From Acidimicrobiia bacterium (GTDB lineage: Bacteria > Actinomycetota > Acidimicrobiia > Spongiisociales > ZC4RG35): 35,481 bases of DNA. Location of the stretch: assembly GCA_036520635.1 (NCBI GenBank), contig DATDJH010000056.1:1-35481 (forward strand), in the 5' to 3' direction. Shown here one piece after another: positions 30,986 to 35,481 of this stretch. Positions within the stretch are counted from its first letter, which is position 1; each line of letters begins with the position of its first letter. A model generated the notes under the pieces. That model had not been told where the DNA came from and made no database searches. It saw only the letters and a program-made list of their open reading frames with translations. Made by a program: the position numbers and the translations under genes.

Positions 30986-33607
30986 TCAGCCTGCGGTCGC
31001 CAACTCGTGGTGGGGATGAAGGGCGAAGCTGATCGCGTCCTGCGGCGACATCTCTCCGCCGGCGCGTCGGGCCTCGGCTAACTCCGGTGTCTCCGCCTCT
31101 GCCGCCAACCCTGTCGATTCGAGCAGGATGGCGACCGTCGCCCAGCGGACCAGTCCCACCCGGGCTCTGGTCGCGTTCGCGGCTCCTAACGCTGTCATCG
31201 CCCGCACCGGATCCTCTTCGGTGAAGGCCAGCCATGAGACCGAGTCGAGGAACAGCGCGAGGCCCTCCAGGCTTCGGAGCCGATCGACATATTCCGCAGC
31301 CGCCTCGAGAACCTCTCGTGCCCGAACCCGATCCCCGGCAGCGAGATGGGTAAGGGCCGCCTGGCAGTAGGACTGGACGATCAACGACACATTGTCCATC
31401 TCGAGTGCGATCGAGAGGACTCTGGCATGGCCCTGGAGAGCGGACTCGATATCACCGTCGACGGTCGACATCGCCGCATGGAAGCTGGTCGCATATGCCA
31501 GCACGAACGGGTCGTCCAGGGTGCTGGCAAGCTCCACCGCCGTGGCGATGTGGGTCCGGGCCTCCTGGCTGAAGCTGTCTTCGAACAGGATGGAGCCAGC
31601 AATCATGAGACGGGCCCATGCCTCGGTCTCCCTGTCGCCGATCCGGGCCGCCAGGTCCATGGCGGGACGCCCATAGGAAATTGCGGCCTCAGGCTCGCCC
31701 ACCTCCATGAAGGTGCCCGCGGCAACAAACAACGCGCGAGCTCGGAGCGGTTCGTCGAGCCGGTCACTGAATGCCATCAACCTGGCGGTGTCAGCTTTGA
31801 CGTTGTTCCAGTTGTCGCCCTGCCAGGCCACGATCCAGGTCCGAACGTAGAGGGAGCCGGCCATCTGGATCCGGTTGTTCTTCATCGCCCAATCGGCGGC
31901 GCTCCGCAGATTGCGCCAATCACGTGACAGCTTGGCCACCGTCTCTCTTTGCTTCCGGCCTTGAAGCAGCGGCTCACTGGCAACGACCACCGCGTCGTAA
32001 TGCTCGGCATGGCGCCGCCGGGTCTCTTCCTCGTCTCCGGAGTCCGCTAGTTGCTCCAGAGCGAACTCGCGCATGGCGGTCCCCATCGCCATTCGACCCG
32101 CGGACTCAACCCAAATCATGCTCTGACTGACCAACGTCTCCAACCCCAAGAACACGTCTGGTGCACTTTCACCAGCGACCGCCTCGGCCGCCTCCAGGGC
32201 CCATCCGTCCACGAAGACCCCGAGACGCCTGAAGAGCCGTTGGTCGGCTTCGTCGAGCAGACCGTGACTCCATTCGATCGTGGCCCGGAGCGATCGCTGC
32301 CGAGTCGGCAGATCCGGCGACGACGTGGACAGGTCGAGTACTGCCTCGAGCCGGTCGAGTATCTCCTCGGGAGGGAGAAGGCGCGCTCTGGCGGCGGCCA
32401 ACTCAATGGCAAGGGGACACCCATCCAGTCGTTCCACCAGCTCCCGGATGACAGGGGCGTTCTCTGGGGTGAGCTCGAAATCCGGGCGCACGAGACGGGT
32501 CCGGTCGACGAAGAGCCGGACCGCGGGGGAGGCTGCGATCTGGTCGAAGTCCGCCCCTTCCATGGCCCATCCCAGGGGATCGACGCGAAACTCTCGCTCG
32601 GCGCCGATGCGAAGCGAGCCGCGGCTGGTGACGATCATGCGAAGCTTCGGGCACCGGCTGAGAAGCGTCGCCATCGAGACTGCGGCGGCGGCCACCCGTT
32701 CGAAACCATCGAGGATCAGCAGCATCTCCATCTCGGCCAGCTGGTTGATCAGGACCTCCAACGGGTCGTGATCGGGCTCGGGTGGGAGCCCCAGTTTCTC
32801 GGCGATAGCACCGGGCACCCGGTCGGGGTCGGTCTCATTCGAAAGATCGACAAAGGTGACGCCGTCGGGGTAGGTCGAACCCAAACGGGATGCTGCAGCG
32901 GCCGCGATCCGACTCTTCCCGATTCCCCCGGGCCCGGTCAGGGTGATCATGCGAGCACCGCCTTCGAGCATGCCGAGAAGCGCCGAGATGTCGTCTTCAC
33001 GCCCGATGAACTCGGTCAGGTAGGCGGGAAGGTCCACCTCACGATTCCTGGCTCTCACCGGCGGGAATTCCGATGCGAGCGGAGGGGCCTCGAGTTGATA
33101 GATCCGCTCCGGTCGGGTCAGGCCCTTCATGTCAAACCAGCCCAACTCCCGGCAGGTCAGCCCGGGACGGCTCAGAAGGGAAAAGGTCACGTCCGAGAGC
33201 AAGATCTGCCCGCCCCATGCCGCAGCCATGATGCGAGCGGCCCTATGGACATCGAGGCCCGTGTAGTCGTCACCAATGAGAGTCGGGGTGCCGGTGTGGA
33301 TCCCCATGCGAACCAACACTTTTGAGCCGTGTGGCCACGGCGCCGTGGCATAGGAAACTTGCGCATCGATCGCACTCGCAACCGCGGCACCAACCTCAGG
33401 GAACGCTATGAAGAGGCCGTCACCCTCCGAGCCGAAGATGACCCCTGCATGGTCAGCGACGGCTCTCTCAGTGAGATCCCAATAGGTCTCCAGGAGATGC
33501 GGGTACTCGGTTCCCAGTTGCTCGAGATGCTCGGTGGACTTCTCGATGTCTAGGAAGAGGAAGGTGACAGTGCCCCCCGGAAGGGCCCGTGGAGCTGACG
33601 GGGTCAT
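30986..33607 (-). CDS. Class III nucleotidyl cyclase domain - P-loop STAND (NB-ARC-like) ATPase - TPR/helical repeat protein
   Basis: 873 aa. The cyclase domain (aa ~10-175) contains 'TVTFLFLDIEKST', 'EGDGLFIAF', 'RMGIHTG' and 'DVHRAARI'. Walker A is 'LTGPGGIGKSRIA' (nt ~32912-32935) and Walker B is 'LLILDGFE'. The C-terminal ~450 aa are helical-repeat rich. No C-terminal LuxR HTH is visible. Confidence 0.85.
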   Translation of the reverse strand: MTPSAPRALPGGTVTFLFLDIEKSTEHLEQLGTEYPHLLETYWDLTERAVADHAGVIFGSEGDGLFIAFPEVGAAVASAIDAQVSYATAPWPHGSKVLVRMGIHTGTPTLIGDDYTGLDVHRAARIMAAAWGGQILLSDVTFSLLSRPGLTCRELGWFDMKGLTRPERIYQLEAPPLASEFPPVRARNREVDLPAYLTEFIGREDDISALLGMLEGGARMITLTGPGGIGKSRIAAAAASRLGSTYPDGVTFVDLSNETDPDRVPGAIAEKLGLPPEPDHDPLEVLINQLAEMEMLLILDGFERVAAAAVSMATLLSRCPKLRMIVTSRGSLRIGAEREFRVDPLGWAMEGADFDQIAASPAVRLFVDRTRLVRPDFELTPENAPVIRELVERLDGCPLAIELAAARARLLPPEEILDRLEAVLDLSTSSPDLPTRQRSLRATIEWSHGLLDEADQRLFRRLGVFVDGWALEAAEAVAGESAPDVFLGLETLVSQSMIWVESAGRMAMGTAMREFALEQLADSGDEEETRRRHAEHYDAVVVASEPLLQGRKQRETVAKLSRDWRNLRSAADWAMKNNRIQMAGSLYVRTWIVAWQGDNWNNVKADTARLMAFSDRLDEPLRARALFVAAGTFMEVGEPEAAISYGRPAMDLAARIGDRETEAWARLMIAGSILFEDSFSQEARTHIATAVELASTLDDPFVLAYATSFHAAMSTVDGDIESALQGHARVLSIALEMDNVSLIVQSYCQAALTHLAAGDRVRAREVLEAAAEYVDRLRSLEGLALFLDSVSWLAFTEEDPVRAMTALGAANATRARVGLVRWATVAILLESTGLAAEAETPELAEARRAGGEMSPQDAISFALHPHHELATAG

Positions 33608-34347
33608 TTGGATCCGATGAAGTCGAGTACCCGACGCCAGGCGTCGGCTGAGGCCTCAACGAACTCCTCCTGCTTCCGATCGAAGAAGGAGTGGGGAGCA
33701 CCCGGATAGACGATGATCTCGTTCTCTTTTCCTGCGCTATCGAGGGCCGATCGAAACTCATCTACGACTTCGACCGGTATCCCGGGGTCATCCCCGGCCA
33801 TCAGGCCGAGAACGGGGCACTCGAAATCATGGACCCGCTCGATGGGGCCGACCGGAGGGCGCTTGGGATTGCCATAGAAGCCGATCGCTCCCGAGAGGCC
33901 GTGGCCGGCAGCTGCCTGATGCCACGAGCTACTCCCACCGAAGCAAAAGCCCACGGTGAAGATGACGCGCCCGGGGTCCGTCGAACGCAGCTGGGCAACA
34001 GCGGCAGCCGTGTCAGCTGTCACCCCCTCGATGGTGGTGAGAGGAACGTGATCAGCGTAAGGAAACGCATCACGCCGCTTGCCGACGCCGGCGGTGCGCC
34101 CGAAATAGTCGATGGCGATGGAGTCATAGCCATTCTCTGCGAACCTCAACGCCAGCTGCTCGTAGAACCGATGTAGGCCTCGAACATCGGGGAGGATCAC
34201 TACCCCCGGTCCTTTGCTGTTAGCGCTGGTGGCACTGAATGCGGCGAGCTGATTGCCATCGGCCGCGGTCAGCACCAGGTCTCCATGTCCGCCTACCCCT
34301 CCATCGATGACTTCGATCGGAGGGCTGGAGTCGTCGTCGTAACACAT
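33604..34347 (-). CDS. Dienelactone hydrolase family protein (canonical Cys nucleophile)
   Basis: 247 aa. It has 'GVVILPDVRGL', 'VGFCFGGSSSW' (nucleophile elbow with Cys), 'LMAGDDP' and 'YPGAPHSFFD'. Its stop overlaps the cyclase-STAND start (ATGA at 33604-33607). Confidence 0.85.
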   Translation of the reverse strand: MCYDDDSSPPIEVIDGGVGGHGDLVLTAADGNQLAAFSATSANSKGPGVVILPDVRGLHRFYEQLALRFAENGYDSIAIDYFGRTAGVGKRRDAFPYADHVPLTTIEGVTADTAAAVAQLRSTDPGRVIFTVGFCFGGSSSWHQAAAGHGLSGAIGFYGNPKRPPVGPIERVHDFECPVLGLMAGDDPGIPVEVVDEFRSALDSAGKENEIIVYPGAPHSFFDRKQEEFVEASADAWRRVLDFIGSK

Positions 34348-34389
34348 GGAGGGCCAAACTTACCCCATGACGGCAGGCACCAAGCCGGG

Positions 34390-35481
34390 TCAGGGAGCCC
34401 TGACTCGCTGGCGATTGAGGATCATCGGGAGCAGGCCACCCGGCGGAAAGTAGCGCTCGGTGTCCACGGTGAACACCGGACTGCGATGTGGCGGTCGTGA
34501 CGGGGGCTGACTTCCCAACTCGGTGCCATCAGGACGGTAGAACCGGAGCTGACCGGGCTTGCCTCTGATAGTCCAACCACCATCGTGGACGAGAACATGA
34601 TGGGTGCGACAAAGCAACACCAAGTTGTCGATGTTGGTCTCGCCACCGGCGGCCCAGTGGGCGAGATGGTGAACATCACACCAGTTGGCGTCACGGTCAC
34701 ATGTCGTGAAAACACATCTGAGGTCTCTCGCCCAGACTGCAGTGCGCAACGGACCGGTGACCAGCCGCTTGGTTCTCCCGACGTCTAGCGGTTGCGATTC
34801 CGGACCGAAGACAACCCGACTCAAGTTGGCATCGCAGGCAAGACGCCTGATTTCGTCTGTGGTGAGGAAAGTACCGGTGCTGGTCTCCGAGATCCCGGGC
34901 CTTCCCTCGAGAAGGGTTTCGGCCGAGACATGAACCAGGATGTCGGGACGGCCCGATGCTCCGTTCATGATGTCGAGGAGGAGATCGGCGCGGCGAGCCG
35001 GGGTCGATCGAGTGTCGCCCTCCGCCGGCGGACCAAGCTCCAACCCGGCGCGAAGACGTTCGCCGGCTTCGACATCGACCCACCCGTTGATCCGGATCAT
35101 CTCCCCGTCCCGCCGCAGAGTCAGGGACCTCAGGTCACGCATCAGATCTCGCTCCGATCCGAGGTCGACTGGCGCCACCTGCTCCAACCAGTACTCGAGA
35201 TGCTTTTTCAAATCAGCCACGAGCGGAGTGTCCATTGCCAGAGTCACCAGAAGCCCTTCCGCCTCAGGGAAGACGTCGCCGGCGACAAACTTCGCCTCGA
35301 GAATCACGTCGACTTGAGCGCCTGAAATGGCACCGCTGGAATAGGCGAAGGTGGTCAGCGGCGCTTGGGCCAGTCCATTCGCCCTGGTGACATGTCTCCA
35401 GGCTTCCCCGGGATGCAGGGACATCCGATGTTTCAACATCGCGGTCGTCGAGGTGTAACCGTCCTTACTGAACGCCTTTGT
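34390..35481 (-). CDS. DUF222 / HNH endonuclease-domain protein ('13E12-like'), 5' end beyond window
   Basis: The HNH motif is 'CDRDANWCDVHHLAHWAAGGETNIDNLVLLCRTHHVLVHDGGW'. The frame stays open from ATG at 35439 to the window edge, reading 'TKAFSKDGYTSTTA'. That matches the usual DUF222 region, so the gene is probably 5'-truncated by the window. Confidence 0.85.
   Translation of the reverse strand, partial: TKAFSKDGYTSTTAMLKHRMSLHPGEAWRHVTRANGLAQAPLTTFAYSSGAISGAQVDVILEAKFVAGDVFPEAEGLLVTLAMDTPLVADLKKHLEYWLEQVAPVDLGSERDLMRDLRSLTLRRDGEMIRINGWVDVEAGERLRAGLELGPPAEGDTRSTPARRADLLLDIMNGASGRPDILVHVSAETLLEGRPGISETSTGTFLTTDEIRRLACDANLSRVVFGPESQPLDVGRTKRLVTGPLRTAVWARDLRCVFTTCDRDANWCDVHHLAHWAAGGETNIDNLVLLCRTHHVLVHDGGWTIRGKPGQLRFYRPDGTELGSQPPSRPPHRSPVFTVDTERYFPPGGLLPMILNRQRVRAP

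Noticed and set aside
1-35481. Search for rRNA, tRNA, CRISPR arrays, IS elements, integrases and prophage genes
   Set aside because: No non-coding gap exceeds about 80 bp. No direct-repeat/spacer periodicity was seen, and no translated ORF shows transposase, integrase or phage structural motifs. I could not run tRNAscan or Infernal, so small RNAs embedded antisense to genes cannot be excluded.

Overview
High-G+C, very gene-dense chromosomal segment; the largest intergenic gap is about 77 bp. I call 37 protein-coding genes, two of which run off the window ends. There is no room or signal for rRNA, tRNA or CRISPR, and I see no transposase or integrase. All family assignments come from reading motifs in the translations; no database search was run. 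Gene content suggests an actinobacterial-type genome: LigC plus a LigD-type primase-polymerase, a DUF222-HNH '13E12-like' protein, a cyclase-ATPase-TPR giant, Thr/Pro-rich secreted linkers, many GTG/TTG starts and candidate leaderless starts. This taxonomic call is inference only. Left to right, the window holds: a minus-strand operon (amidohydrolase, maf, Thr-rich membrane protein, PaaI thioesterase, dus); two tandem S41 lipoprotein proteases; msrA; ypfJ-like zinc peptidase; a RidA-family gene; a coiled-coil lytic transglycosylase; a CaCA-type antiporter; DUF2461; two orphan ORFs; YihY/BrkB; an ATP-dependent DNA ligase coupled to a 4-gene ABC-2 exporter; a PadR/DUF1700-like pair; a LigD-type primase-polymerase; an aldehyde dehydrogenase; an AhpD-like CxxC protein; a nucleophile-less DLH-like protein; an MFS-ABM fusion; a membrane protein; an ECF sigma coupled to an Ogt/Ada-Zn fusion; tkt; an FAD oxidoreductase; a DLH coupled to a cyclase-STAND-TPR protein; and a partial DUF222-HNH gene. 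The best candidates for something undescribed are: (1) the ECF sigma factor whose anti-sigma slot is filled by an MGMT protein with a C-terminal Ada-type Cys4 methyl-acceptor module and no HTH; (2) the dienelactone-hydrolase / cyclase-STAND-TPR gene pair next to an HNH gene; (3) the LigC / primase-polymerase repair pair split by an ABC/PadR cassette, with ligC coupled to the exporter. Smaller oddities are two conserved-family genes whose conserved N-termini precede any canonical start codon (candidate ATC initiation), and eight convergent gene junctions with no space for terminators.
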